NCBI GenBank assembly: GCA_041659405.1
Contig: JBAZYK010000008.1
Location: 52,013 to 84,012 of the forward strand
Direction: 5' to 3'
Length of the DNA: 32,000 bases
Source of the DNA: Candidatus Altimarinota bacterium
Lineage (GTDB): Bacteria > Patescibacteriota > Gracilibacteria > UBA1369
Shown here: positions 18,045 through 27,522 of the stretch, in pieces
Numbering within the stretch: the stretch's first letter is position 1
Layout of the letters: every line of letters starts with the position of its first letter
Position numbers and translations under genes: made by a program
The notes under the pieces: generated by a model
Database searches by the model: none
The model's input: the letters and a program-made list of their open reading frames with translations, nothing else
What the model was told of the DNA's origin: nothing

Positions 18045-20609
18045 ATGGACTGGACCCAGATTATAGACGCACTAAAAAAAATAGGCTTATACATACTACA
18101 AAATCCAATTTTTGTTGCCGAACTGATTGTCATCGGAATTATTGGGTTTATATATTTTGTAAAAATAATGCGGTATCTACACATGGTATTGGTAGCTTCC
18201 CGCCATTTGGTCTTTTTAAAAGTCACATTACCGCGTGAGGAATCGCCTAAAGATAAAGATAAAGCCGATGAAAAGGATTTCAAAGAAAAAATTGGAATCA
18301 TGGAACAGTTTTATCGCAATATTCATGAATTGGGTGAATTAAGTTTAAAAAACATGATTAGGACCTGGATTTGGAGGGATGATATTCTTTCCATAGAAAT
18401 AGTCGCAATCAATAAAATTGTTGAATTTTACGTTGTTGTTAATAAACGTTATAGTCAGCTTATTGAAAAGCAAATCACATCATATTACCCAAATGCCGAC
18501 ATTACTCCGGCTCAAGCTTATGACATTCAACCAAAAGGTAATAAGCTGCGATGTTATTATGCCCACTTAAAAAACAAATTTTTCTATCCGATTAAAACCT
18601 ATAAAAATCTTGAAAATGATCCGTTAAATGATCTTACCAATATTTTTTCTAAATTTGAGGACGGTGATATTGGTGTGATCCAAATAATTATCAGACCTAA
18701 AAAAAGCAAGAAATGGAGAAAGAAGGCTGAAAACGCAGCCGCTTTAATGTTTAGTGGTAAAAAACCTGAAGGATTGCGATTACCGGGCTTAGGTTGGCTT
18801 AACAGTCTTTTTGTTGGATTATTGTTCGGTGCCGATAAAGTGGCCAAAGGTGCAGAAGGAGGCGGCCCGGCCGGTCCATACGGCGCAACCTCCGGTTTTG
18901 TAAGATTACTTCAAACTCGTGAAGAAGTAGCCAAACATATTGGTGAAAAAGCCGGTGAAGATGGCTTTGACACTCTGGTCCGCGTTATTGGATCAGGCAA
19001 AACAAAATCACGCGCCAGTGAAATAACCGATAACGTTGCGCTTGGTTTAAATCTATTAAAAGATGCGCAGATGAACTGGTTCCAAACCAGACGTATTATT
19101 TTATTTGATACAATCAATAACTTCTTCATGAAGTTTAATTTCAATAAGAGATTATTGGATACCAACGTGTTTTACCTTGGTGAAAAACAATCAATTTTAG
19201 TGAGTGGTGAATTGGCAACATTGTTTCATTACCCAACCAGCCGCTACAATTACACTCCAATCATCAGATGGCTTGAATATAAAGTATTGCCTGCTCCCGT
19301 GAACGTTCCAACGGAAGGAATCCTTTTGGGCTACAACGTTTATCGCGGCGTTAAAACGCCAATTAGAATGCTTAGAGACGATCGCACCAGACATCATTAT
19401 TGCATAGGTAAATCCGGTTCGGGTAAATCCGTTTTCTTAAGCTGGATGGCCCGCCAGGACATTATTAATGGTGATGGCCTTTGCGTAATTGATCCCCATG
19501 GAGATTTGATCGAAGAGTTAATTCAATTCGTTCCAAAAGAAAGAGCTAAAGATGTGGTGATTTTCAATCCGGCGGATATGGAACGTCCAATGGGTTTAAA
19601 TATTCTGGAAGCCAAAACTCCCGAGCAGCAGGACCTTGCTTCAAGTCAGGCGACCGAAATTTTTATTAAAATATTTGGTGATGAAATCTTTGGTCCGCGT
19701 ATTCAACATTATTTCCGTAACGCCTGTTTGACGCTTATGGAAGACGAAGAAGAAGGTGCAACTTTAATTGATGTTCCCAGAATTTTCGTTGATGACGAGT
19801 TCATGAAGTACAAAGTCAGCAAGGTTAAAAATCCGATTGTGAAATCATTTTGGGAGCATGAATATGCCCATACCGGCGAACGCGAACGTCAGGAAATGAT
19901 TCCATATTTCTCGGCCAAGTTTGGTCCGTTTATCACAAACTCAATCATGAGAAATACGATTGGTCAGCCAAAATCAGCCTTCAATTTTCGTGAAATGATG
20001 GATGAAAAGAAAATTCTTTTGATTAACCTTTCCAAAGGTAAAATCGGTGATTTGAATACCCAGCTTTTGGGGTTGGTAATAGTTGCCCGTCTACAAATGG
20101 CAGCCATGAGCCGCGTTGATATTCCCGAAAAAGATCGTAAAGATTTTTATCTCTATGTGGATGAGTTCCAAAACTTTGCCACAGATTCGTTTTGCTCGAT
20201 CTTGTCCGAAGCACGTAAGTATCATCTTGGCCTAATTATGGCCCATCAGTATATTAAACAGCTGGAAAAAAAGAATGATACTTCCATTCGTGATGCGGTC
20301 TTTGGTAACGTTGGTACCATGATGTCATTTAAGGTTGGTGCCGAAGATGCCGAGTATATGGCAAAAGAATATGCTCCGGTGCTTACGGAACAGGATGTAA
20401 TTGGTATTGCCAACTTCAAAGCCTACATCAAACTGAATATCAAAAATTCAACTTCCAGACCATTTTCGATGGAGACGGTTTACGACATGAGTAAGGCTAA
20501 TCCAAAGATTGGCGAAATCGTTACTCAATATTCACGCATGAAATACGGCCGCAAAAAGGAATTCGTCGACCAGGAAATCTCGGCACGTATTGGCGTTGAT
20601 ATGAGCTAA
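18045..20609 (+). CDS. Membrane-anchored VirD4/TraD/TrwB-like (type IV coupling protein-like) P-loop ATPase with a large uncharacterised N-terminal region
   Basis: N-terminal TM helix IFVAELIVIGIIGFIYFV. Walker A is GKSGSGKS and Walker B is FYLYVDEFQNF. DPHGDL, RKYHLGLIMAHQ and the overall layout are typical of TraD/TrwB_AAD_bind proteins. Confidence 0.8.
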   Translation: MDWTQIIDALKKIGLYILQNPIFVAELIVIGIIGFIYFVKIMRYLHMVLVASRHLVFLKVTLPREESPKDKDKADEKDFKEKIGIMEQFYRNIHELGELSLKNMIRTWIWRDDILSIEIVAINKIVEFYVVVNKRYSQLIEKQITSYYPNADITPAQAYDIQPKGNKLRCYYAHLKNKFFYPIKTYKNLENDPLNDLTNIFSKFEDGDIGVIQIIIRPKKSKKWRKKAENAAALMFSGKKPEGLRLPGLGWLNSLFVGLLFGADKVAKGAEGGGPAGPYGATSGFVRLLQTREEVAKHIGEKAGEDGFDTLVRVIGSGKTKSRASEITDNVALGLNLLKDAQMNWFQTRRIILFDTINNFFMKFNFNKRLLDTNVFYLGEKQSILVSGELATLFHYPTSRYNYTPIIRWLEYKVLPAPVNVPTEGILLGYNVYRGVKTPIRMLRDDRTRHHYCIGKSGSGKSVFLSWMARQDIINGDGLCVIDPHGDLIEELIQFVPKERAKDVVIFNPADMERPMGLNILEAKTPEQQDLASSQATEIFIKIFGDEIFGPRIQHYFRNACLTLMEDEEEGATLIDVPRIFVDDEFMKYKVSKVKNPIVKSFWEHEYAHTGERERQEMIPYFSAKFGPFITNSIMRNTIGQPKSAFNFREMMDEKKILLINLSKGKIGDLNTQLLGLVIVARLQMAAMSRVDIPEKDRKDFYLYVDEFQNFATDSFCSILSEARKYHLGLIMAHQYIKQLEKKNDTSIRDAVFGNVGTMMSFKVGAEDAEYMAKEYAPVLTEQDVIGIANFKAYIKLNIKNSTSRPFSMETVYDMSKANPKIGEIVTQYSRMKYGRKKEFVDQEISARIGVDMS

Positions 20610-20637
20610 AGCATTGCATCCACTGCCTGAATTGCGT

Positions 20638-21222
20638 CTACCACCAAACCTTTTTCCAGCCGACTTTATAAGCGATTACATTTGCTGTTAAATGCAGCAG
20701 GGGAGTTATAATTATAAAAACCAGGCTCGTTTGCCAAAAAGAGCCATATTTAAAATGAACCGGTAAAAATGAGGCAAACAGTACTGCCCCAAGCGCAAAA
20801 TCAATTTGATCAAAAGGTACAAACGGAGCTCCGTCTTTAATGCCCAGGCGTCTTTTAAAGAAACTTTTTATTAGATCCCCCAACAGTGCCCCCAAACCCA
20901 AACTCCCTCCCCAAAAAAGTGATATCACCAGCACTTTAATATAGATTTTGAATTCTGTATTTAGGCCGGCAATCAGCCGCGCCCCCTCAACCACTCCTAT
21001 CATAACAATCAGCGCAGCCAAAAAACCGCCAACAACTCCCGCAAAAAGTCCGCGCCAGGTTTTATGACTTCCAAAAATCTCATTTTTACCGAGCTTTCTT
21101 CCACCATCAATTGGGATAGCCCAACTTTTCAATAAACCCAGCTTATCAAAAAAGATTGGCATCATATTGGCTACATAAGCCGGTAAATAGAACCCAACAG
21201 CTTCTAAAATCAGATTGAGCAT
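20638..21222 (-). CDS. carS: CDP-archaeol synthase (CarS/DUF46)-like integral membrane cytidylyltransferase
   Basis: PIDGG..LG...FGSHKTWRGLFAGVVGG, GDLIKSFFKRRLGIKDG..FVPFDQIDF, and the C-terminal IITPLLHLTANVIAYKVG. This agrees with my memory of archaeal CarS (PF01864), not with bacterial CdsA. Confidence 0.7.
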   Translation of the reverse strand: MLNLILEAVGFYLPAYVANMMPIFFDKLGLLKSWAIPIDGGRKLGKNEIFGSHKTWRGLFAGVVGGFLAALIVMIGVVEGARLIAGLNTEFKIYIKVLVISLFWGGSLGLGALLGDLIKSFFKRRLGIKDGAPFVPFDQIDFALGAVLFASFLPVHFKYGSFWQTSLVFIIITPLLHLTANVIAYKVGWKKVWW

Positions 21223-21806
21223 CGTAGTTTGTGAAACAGGAATGAGTTTACAATCAACATGTAGATAGAGAAGAAAACCAAGACCGGATCAAAGAAATTG
21301 GCGCCACTGATCAGCATAATCAAAAATAACAAATAGATGATGTATTTGCTCTTAATGACCGGGAAAAATTTAACCTGCTTAAAATTAAGAATAACCAGCA
21401 AAAAAATCATAACGACATAATTCGTCAGATAAAAAGCTCCCCAAAATGCGTCCAGAAAACGGAAATACAACAGTGTCATAAAAACAATCAGGAAACTCAA
21501 ATGATCCGCAGTGGTATCGGTTAAGGAGCCCAACGTAGAAGTCTTGTTAGTAAACCTTGCCAGTGAGCCATCCAATGAATCAAAAACCTGATTCAAAAGT
21601 AAAAACAAAAAAGCCAACCAGATATTAAAAGCAAAAAATAGCGCAAAAATCAGCGCGCAAAAAATTCCAAGATAACTTAATAAATCCGGCGAAAAACGGT
21701 GTTTAGCCAAAATCGCGCAAACCGGTTCAAAAAAACGATCCCGGTAATGCCTGATTCTTAAATAAATCTTCGCTTCTTCCCCGGAGGAAATGTGAAATGG
21801 AACCAT
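21210..21806 (-). CDS. CDP-alcohol phosphatidyltransferase family protein
   Basis: Exact family motif D-x2-DG-x2-AR-x8-G-x3-D-x3-D, seen as DSLDGSLARFTNKTSTLGSLTDTTAD. Polytopic membrane protein. It overlaps the carS-like start by 13 nt. Confidence 0.87.
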   Translation of the reverse strand: MVPFHISSGEEAKIYLRIRHYRDRFFEPVCAILAKHRFSPDLLSYLGIFCALIFALFFAFNIWLAFLFLLLNQVFDSLDGSLARFTNKTSTLGSLTDTTADHLSFLIVFMTLLYFRFLDAFWGAFYLTNYVVMIFLLVILNFKQVKFFPVIKSKYIIYLLFLIMLISGANFFDPVLVFFSIYMLIVNSFLFHKLRCSI

Positions 21807-21826
21807 AAGAAGAGTTTTATTTTACA

Positions 21827-21903
21827 TGGTGGCTGGAGGCAGGATCGAACTGCCGACCTCGGGCTTATGAGTCCCGCGCTCTAACCAGCTGAGCTACCCA
21901 GCC
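21827..21903 (-). tRNA. tRNA with CAU anticodon (elongator Met, or Ile2 if lysidinylated), encoded CCA
   Basis: Hand fold: GGCTGGG/TCCAGCC acceptor with G1-C72 paired (so not an initiator), loop CTCATAA, T-loop TTCGATC; 77 nt. Confidence 0.85.
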
Positions 21904-21919
21904 ACACATATGCGGAGCC

Positions 21920-21948
21920 ATTTTAGGAAGATTTCGCCAAAAACACAA
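21920..21948 (-). promoter_or_regulatory. Promoter, TTGTGT-17 nt-TAAAAT, in front of tRNA(CAU)
   Basis: Minus-strand reading; the -10 ends 16 nt before the tRNA 5' end. Confidence 0.45.
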
Positions 21949-21968
21949 GGGATCAATCAATACTATCC

Positions 21969-22181
21969 TTATTTTGTGAATTCCAGCTTGTATTTGCCAA
22001 CTGCATCAACCGCCGATTTAAACTTATTAAGGTCAAAACCATCTGTATATTCAAGATTTCCAAGGCCGGTCTTAAAATCAACATCACAGTGAGTAATTTC
22101 AGGGAAATCGGTAGCCACATCTTCAATCATGGCTTTGCAGGCATGACAGTCCATTCCGGTTACTTTAAATTGAGTTTTCAT
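21969..22181 (-). CDS. copZ: Copper chaperone, single HMA domain
   Basis: 70 aa with GMDCHAC as the metal-binding loop. Confidence 0.85.
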   Translation of the reverse strand: MKTQFKVTGMDCHACKAMIEDVATDFPEITHCDVDFKTGLGNLEYTDGFDLNKFKSAVDAVGKYKLEFTK

Positions 22182-22202
22182 ATGTGTAAAAGTTAATAAA
22201 TA

Positions 22203-24002
22203 TTAATCAACAACGTTAAATGAAGTTTGGAGAATTCCCATGCTGCAAACGGCATCGACAGTGCCGGTTTGAGTTGGGGTGAAGTTTATAATGTTTTTTC
22301 CAATTTTAAGAAGTTTGGCTACCCCAAATTCCGGAATCACCATTGTGCCCATACACCCGCCCAAATCGACCTGATCATCAACAGTAAGCTCCACCGGAAT
22401 CCCTTTTTTTATGGTAGTCACAGGAGGATCAAAACCACGATCAGCGGTAACAGTTACAGTAATTTTTTGAACGCTAGAGTTGTCCGCGGCAGGATCATAC
22501 GGCTGAGTTTCGGCCTCGAAAATTTTTGGAGTACCTGTGTTTAAAACAATAGCATTTTGGCTATTACTCTGATTGGTATTTTCAATCACATTAAAAATTC
22601 CCGGCGTCATCATTCCCATGGTGCAATTAAACGAAATTTGTCCAACAGAATCAGGCGTAAAATTGATAATTTTGGTGTTATCTCTTGGCAGCAATTCCGT
22701 AAGTCCAAGACTTGGAACAGTAAGAACTTGCCCACAACCGGCGGCCCCCGCATTATAAACACGCCATTCAACCGGTACCCCTTTAACAATCGTAAATTGA
22801 CTTGGAGTATAGGTGTAACCTTTAACATTCATTTCCACAATTTGTTTTCCATTTTCGATTTTTACCGCATTAGATTGAGCCGTGCCGGTTTTAATTGAAT
22901 CAGTTTGTGATTGAACGCCATTGTTATTTCCTCTAAAAAACGAAGTTACCGCCGAAGCATTAAATCCAGCTAAAGCCAAACCATTATTTATATTGAATAA
23001 GCCAAGAATTAACACCAGCACTCCGGAAAACTTTAAGAAATAGCGTTGGAATTTTCCTTCGGCAAAACTGGAAATCGCGCTTAAAGAAAGCAAAGCCGGT
23101 AAAGTCCCAAGTGCGAAAAATAGCATGATCAACGCTCCATCAATAAAATTTCCTCTGCTTATAACGTAAAGCTGTAAAGATTGAGTAAATCCGCAAGGAA
23201 GAAAAAATGTCAGACCTCCCATTAAAAACGGCAATCCTTTGTTTTGCTTATTTTCAAGCTTTAAAATTTTATGACTAATGACTTTTGGCAGCCTTGGCGA
23301 ATATTTATGAAGTCCCGGAAAAAGTTTAAGAATGCGCATTCCCATCAAAATCATAAACAAAGATGCAATAATGCTGACGATTCCGGTAACTCTTGCTGAA
23401 ACGGTAAAAAAGGATCCAAGTCCGCCAAGTAAACCGCCCAAAACCGTATAAGAAACAATTCTTCCCGCATTAAAAAGCAGATGCGGCTTAAGTTTTTCCA
23501 AGTGCGTTTTAGGTTGATAGGTTTCGTTATACTTTGCAGCCAAAGATAAAAGCACACCGCCGGTCACCGCTATACAGCTAGAACTCGCCGCCACAAGGCC
23601 AATCAAAAAGATAAAGCCATAACTCATGTTGGCACTGATACCCAGATTGAAATCAAAAACATTGGCTTGTTTTAGCAAAATATACAAACCAAAAATAATG
23701 ATCAAGATGGCTCCGATTTCCAGATAATCACGTTTTGTATTCCTTGTTTGCGCCTTGGATTTTACACCAGCATTATCAATTCCATCCGCAATAATTTTAT
23801 AACCATCGGCAGCTACAACATTCTGAAATTCCTGCAAAGACGGCTCTGAACCGTCAAAATGAACGACCGCTTTTCCCGATGCTTGATTCACTTTCACGGA
23901 ACTAACTCCCGGAATTTTATGAAATTTTCGTTCAATCAAAACCTCGCAACTTGCGCAAGTCATTCCCTCGATTTTGAGTTCAATTTTATTCTTTTTAGGC
24001 AT
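22203..24002 (-). CDS. Fusion protein: HMA domain, polytopic DsbD_2/TauE-SafE-like membrane domain, and two C-terminal cupredoxin-like domains
   Basis: GMTCASC near the N-terminus. Membrane Cys motifs are SSSCIAVTGG and FLPCGFTQ. Two repeated ~90-aa beta-rich units each carry GC...C(T/S)MG. The ORF track starts at TTG 24014; ATG 24002 is preferred. Confidence 0.75.
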   Translation of the reverse strand: MPKKNKIELKIEGMTCASCEVLIERKFHKIPGVSSVKVNQASGKAVVHFDGSEPSLQEFQNVVAADGYKIIADGIDNAGVKSKAQTRNTKRDYLEIGAILIIIFGLYILLKQANVFDFNLGISANMSYGFIFLIGLVAASSSCIAVTGGVLLSLAAKYNETYQPKTHLEKLKPHLLFNAGRIVSYTVLGGLLGGLGSFFTVSARVTGIVSIIASLFMILMGMRILKLFPGLHKYSPRLPKVISHKILKLENKQNKGLPFLMGGLTFFLPCGFTQSLQLYVISRGNFIDGALIMLFFALGTLPALLSLSAISSFAEGKFQRYFLKFSGVLVLILGLFNINNGLALAGFNASAVTSFFRGNNNGVQSQTDSIKTGTAQSNAVKIENGKQIVEMNVKGYTYTPSQFTIVKGVPVEWRVYNAGAAGCGQVLTVPSLGLTELLPRDNTKIINFTPDSVGQISFNCTMGMMTPGIFNVIENTNQSNSQNAIVLNTGTPKIFEAETQPYDPAADNSSVQKITVTVTADRGFDPPVTTIKKGIPVELTVDDQVDLGGCMGTMVIPEFGVAKLLKIGKNIINFTPTQTGTVDAVCSMGILQTSFNVVD

Positions 24003-24048
24003 ATTAAAATTCAAGAAGAAATAAGATAAGATGTTAAACCCAACTTAT

Positions 24049-24468
24049 CTATTCTTTCTTAACGACAATTCCCGCCAGCGAAGGAGGGGATTTATAAGCC
24101 TCCACCACATGGATGTATAAAAAAGGTCTTTCCAAATTTAAATTTAAATCAAAATTTCTTGCAACAATCGGCACAGCTATAAGCCCTGAAGTACTTTGAA
24201 TTTTGGAATCAACATCCTTTTGGTGCAGATTCACCCCAATACAACAACTCATTTGAGCCAAATCCCGAGTCTTCAATTGACCTTTTGGCATCTGATTACC
24301 CAACATGCCATGATCATGCATACCTTGGTCATGCATGATTTCTTGGCTTTCCACCGACATCGCTTTGGCAACCGGCAATGATCCACCACTAAAATATTGG
24401 AAACAAAAACCGTTCAATCCAAAACTAACCAGGGCCAAAAAAGCAATAAAGATCTTTTTCATGTTCAT
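24049..24468 (-). CDS. Secreted small protein with a His/Met-rich putative Cu-binding stretch
   Basis: Signal-peptide-like MNMKKIFIAFLALVSFGLNG, then IMHDQGMHDHGMLGNQM. It lies inside the copper operon. Confidence 0.5.
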   Translation of the reverse strand: MNMKKIFIAFLALVSFGLNGFCFQYFSGGSLPVAKAMSVESQEIMHDQGMHDHGMLGNQMPKGQLKTRDLAQMSCCIGVNLHQKDVDSKIQSTSGLIAVPIVARNFDLNLNLERPFLYIHVVEAYKSPPSLAGIVVKKE

Positions 24469-24489
24469 ATTATAACTTTTAGAGAACTT

Positions 24490-27210
24490 TTATGCAATCC
24501 TGGAGCTGAATTTGGCAAATTCCCAGAACAGAAAGGAAAAGAACAAAATCATGATTACAGGGGCGATTTTCGACAGGTAATTTCTTCTATTTGGCTTAAA
24601 ATAGCGCAATAAGAGTGAATTTGTCACCACGGAAACCGAACTTAATGCCATCGCCAAACCGGCAAGTTCAGGCTTTAAAATCAGTCCCCACCCCATGAAT
24701 ATACGGGCGGCAATTGGGATTCCAATAACATTATAGAAAAGCGCGAAAAACATATTTTGCTTAATTTTAGCCATTGTCTCGCGTGAAAGTTCAATGCTAG
24801 AAACCACATCACGAAGGTCATTTCTAATGATAACGATTCCACCCGTTTCCATGGCCACATCCGTTCCCGAGCCCATCGCAATACCAAGATCGGCCTGTGC
24901 TAAAGCAGGTGCATCATTAATTCCATCACCAACCATGGCGACTTTTTTACCCAACGCCTGGATTTTTTTAACCTCTTCCGCTTTTCCATCAGGCAAAACT
25001 TCAGCAAGAACGTTTTGGATACCCAGTTCGGCGGCAATCGCGCCAGCCGTTCTTTTGTTATCACCGGTGATCATATAAAGCTCAATACCCATCTTTTTAA
25101 GCTTGGAAATAGCTTCTTTTGAGGTTTCCTTGATTGTATCAGCCACAGCGATTAAACCAATGATTTCGTTACCCTGCGCCAGAATCATTACAGTTTTACC
25201 CTGATCTTCAAGTTTTGCAATTTTACGCTCATACTTTCCAATATCCACTTTGGCATAGTCCGCCATCAGCTTACGATTCCCAAAAAAGTAGATGTTTTTC
25301 TGAATAGTTCCATTAACTCCGTGCCCGGGGATCGCCTTAAAATCAGAAACTTCCTCCAAATCCAAGCTTTCTTCCTGCGCATGAGTATAAATTGCTTCCG
25401 CAAGAGGATGCTCTGAAAGCCTTTCCAAAGAGGCGGACATAGTTAAAATGTCATCTTCATCCAATTTACCAAAACTTATAACATCTGTTACCTCCGGTTT
25501 TCCTTTTGTTAGAGTTCCCGTTTTATCAAAAATAATTGTGTTGATTCCCTGAGCGGATTCAAGCGGTTCGCCCCCTTTAATCAAAATTCCATATTCCGCA
25601 CCTTTACCTGTTCCAACCATAATAGCGGTTGGTGTAGCAAGTCCCAAAGCGCACGGACACGCAATTACGATGACAGCTGTAAAAGCAAGGAGAGCAAACG
25701 AAAGTGATGCGCCAAGAATGAAAAACCAAACCAGAAATGTCAGAATGGCAATTCCAATGACCGCAGGAACAAACCATGAAGAAATTTTATCGGCAAACGC
25801 CTGAATTGGAGCCTTGGATCCTTGAGCTTCTTCAATCAAACGAATAATTTGAGCCAAAGTCGTTTCTGCTCCAACACGTGTAGCCTTGAATTCAAACGTG
25901 CCATTTTTATTGATAGTTGCCCCAATAACATTATCTCCGGCATTTTTTTCAACCGGAATACTTTCCCCCGTAACCATCGACTCATCAATCGAAGAATTTC
26001 CTTTTGTGATTACTCCATCCACCGGCACTTTTTCGCCGGGTCGCACCAAAATAATATCATCATGAATAACCTTATCAATTGGAATATCCAGAGTTTCACC
26101 ATTTCTGATTACCCGAGCAGTTTTGGCCTGCAAACCCATCAATTTTTTAATTGCTTCGGAAGTATTTCCTTTTGCCCGAGCCTCTAACCACTTACCTAAA
26201 ATCACAAAGGTAATCAGGAAGGCCGCAGTTTCAAAATAAAGTTCCGGGATCTTTTCACCATTCACGCCAAAGAAAGTTTTATTGGAAACGGCGTAACTCA
26301 CATAATTTATCAAACTATAAAAAAAGGCGGTGGAAGTTCCAATTGCAATCAAACTATCCATATTAAAAGTTTTCATGCGCAAGCTTGACCACATTCCTTT
26401 ATAAAATCCCACGCCCGGCCCAAACTGCACAGGAATCGTCAAAAGCAGCGAAATAATTCCTACGTAAGGCATCAAAACTTCCGCCCCAGGGAGAAACTTA
26501 AAGAAATCCAAAAACATAAAGTAAACCATCGGCAAACTAAATACCAATGAAATCAGAAATTTATTTTTAATGGCATTCAGGTCCGCTTTTTTCCTTTTAT
26601 TTTCTTCTTCAGAATTGGCTTCATTAACAAGATTTGCCGAATACCCGGCCTTTTTTACCGCATTAAACAGGTCATCAAGCGAATTAACATTTTCATCAAA
26701 ATTGACCATAGCCTTTTCCGAACCAAAATTAACATGAGCTTCTTTTACACCGGGAAGCTTTTTAAGAACCCGTTCAATAATCGCCGCGCACGAAGAACAG
26801 TTCATCCCGGAAAGGCCCAGATGCACACGTTTGTTATTTTCTTTTTTTGTAGAAACCACCTCCATCTTTCCATTTAAAGGCGAAGCCACCGACTGCACCT
26901 GCAAAACCGTTGGCTCATTATTTTTACCAATATTTTCAAAAAGATTACTGAAATTCACTGCCTGTAAAAAATTATGAACGAAAGAAGCTGATTTATCATC
27001 TTTTTTATCCAGATGAAACTCCGCAAACTTTTCATTTTTTATTTTGCCTTCAAATTGTGGCTTCCCATTGGCATCCTGAATAATCCGGCCTTCCGCTTCA
27101 ATCCGCGATTCAAGAATAACCTTCAGCGGTTCTCCATTCGCGCTTTGCTTAATTAAAACATTATTCTCCGGCTCCTGAATTGGAGAAGTTTTTGTTGAGT
27201 CTTTTTTCAT
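24490..27210 (-). CDS. copA: Copper-translocating P1B-type ATPase
   Basis: HMA GMNCSSC, TGES, CPC in the TM helix, DKTGTLT, and GDGINDAP; 906 aa. Confidence 0.95.
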   Translation of the reverse strand: MKKDSTKTSPIQEPENNVLIKQSANGEPLKVILESRIEAEGRIIQDANGKPQFEGKIKNEKFAEFHLDKKDDKSASFVHNFLQAVNFSNLFENIGKNNEPTVLQVQSVASPLNGKMEVVSTKKENNKRVHLGLSGMNCSSCAAIIERVLKKLPGVKEAHVNFGSEKAMVNFDENVNSLDDLFNAVKKAGYSANLVNEANSEEENKRKKADLNAIKNKFLISLVFSLPMVYFMFLDFFKFLPGAEVLMPYVGIISLLLTIPVQFGPGVGFYKGMWSSLRMKTFNMDSLIAIGTSTAFFYSLINYVSYAVSNKTFFGVNGEKIPELYFETAAFLITFVILGKWLEARAKGNTSEAIKKLMGLQAKTARVIRNGETLDIPIDKVIHDDIILVRPGEKVPVDGVITKGNSSIDESMVTGESIPVEKNAGDNVIGATINKNGTFEFKATRVGAETTLAQIIRLIEEAQGSKAPIQAFADKISSWFVPAVIGIAILTFLVWFFILGASLSFALLAFTAVIVIACPCALGLATPTAIMVGTGKGAEYGILIKGGEPLESAQGINTIIFDKTGTLTKGKPEVTDVISFGKLDEDDILTMSASLERLSEHPLAEAIYTHAQEESLDLEEVSDFKAIPGHGVNGTIQKNIYFFGNRKLMADYAKVDIGKYERKIAKLEDQGKTVMILAQGNEIIGLIAVADTIKETSKEAISKLKKMGIELYMITGDNKRTAGAIAAELGIQNVLAEVLPDGKAEEVKKIQALGKKVAMVGDGINDAPALAQADLGIAMGSGTDVAMETGGIVIIRNDLRDVVSSIELSRETMAKIKQNMFFALFYNVIGIPIAARIFMGWGLILKPELAGLAMALSSVSVVTNSLLLRYFKPNRRNYLSKIAPVIMILFFSFLFWEFAKFSSRIA

Positions 27211-27238
27211 GGGGAAAATTGATTATATAATTTATAAA

Positions 27239-27505
27239 TTATTTATTGGAAAGTTTGGTAACCTTTAAAATTTCCTGAATCATCTCTTTTTGCTTTGATT
27301 CATTGTTGGTTTTCATCGCGTCTTTAAAGCAGCAATTTAAATGATTTTCCATCAACATCAAATGGGCGGACTTTAAAAGCCCAACCACGGCCGAATTCTG
27401 CTGCATAACGTCAATACAATATTTGCCTTCTTCAACCATTTTAATGATTTTCTCGAGGTGACTTTTGGCTTTTTTGAAGTTTATTAAGATTTTTTGATCG
27501 GTCAT
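27239..27505 (-). CDS. csoR: CsoR-family copper-sensing repressor
   Basis: 88 aa. The C30/H55/C59 spacing (C-x24-H-x3-C) matches the Cu(I) CsoR fingerprint. Confidence 0.85.
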   Translation of the reverse strand: MTDQKILINFKKAKSHLEKIIKMVEEGKYCIDVMQQNSAVVGLLKSAHLMLMENHLNCCFKDAMKTNNESKQKEMIQEILKVTKLSNK

Positions 27506-27522
27506 AAAAGTGGATTAAATAG

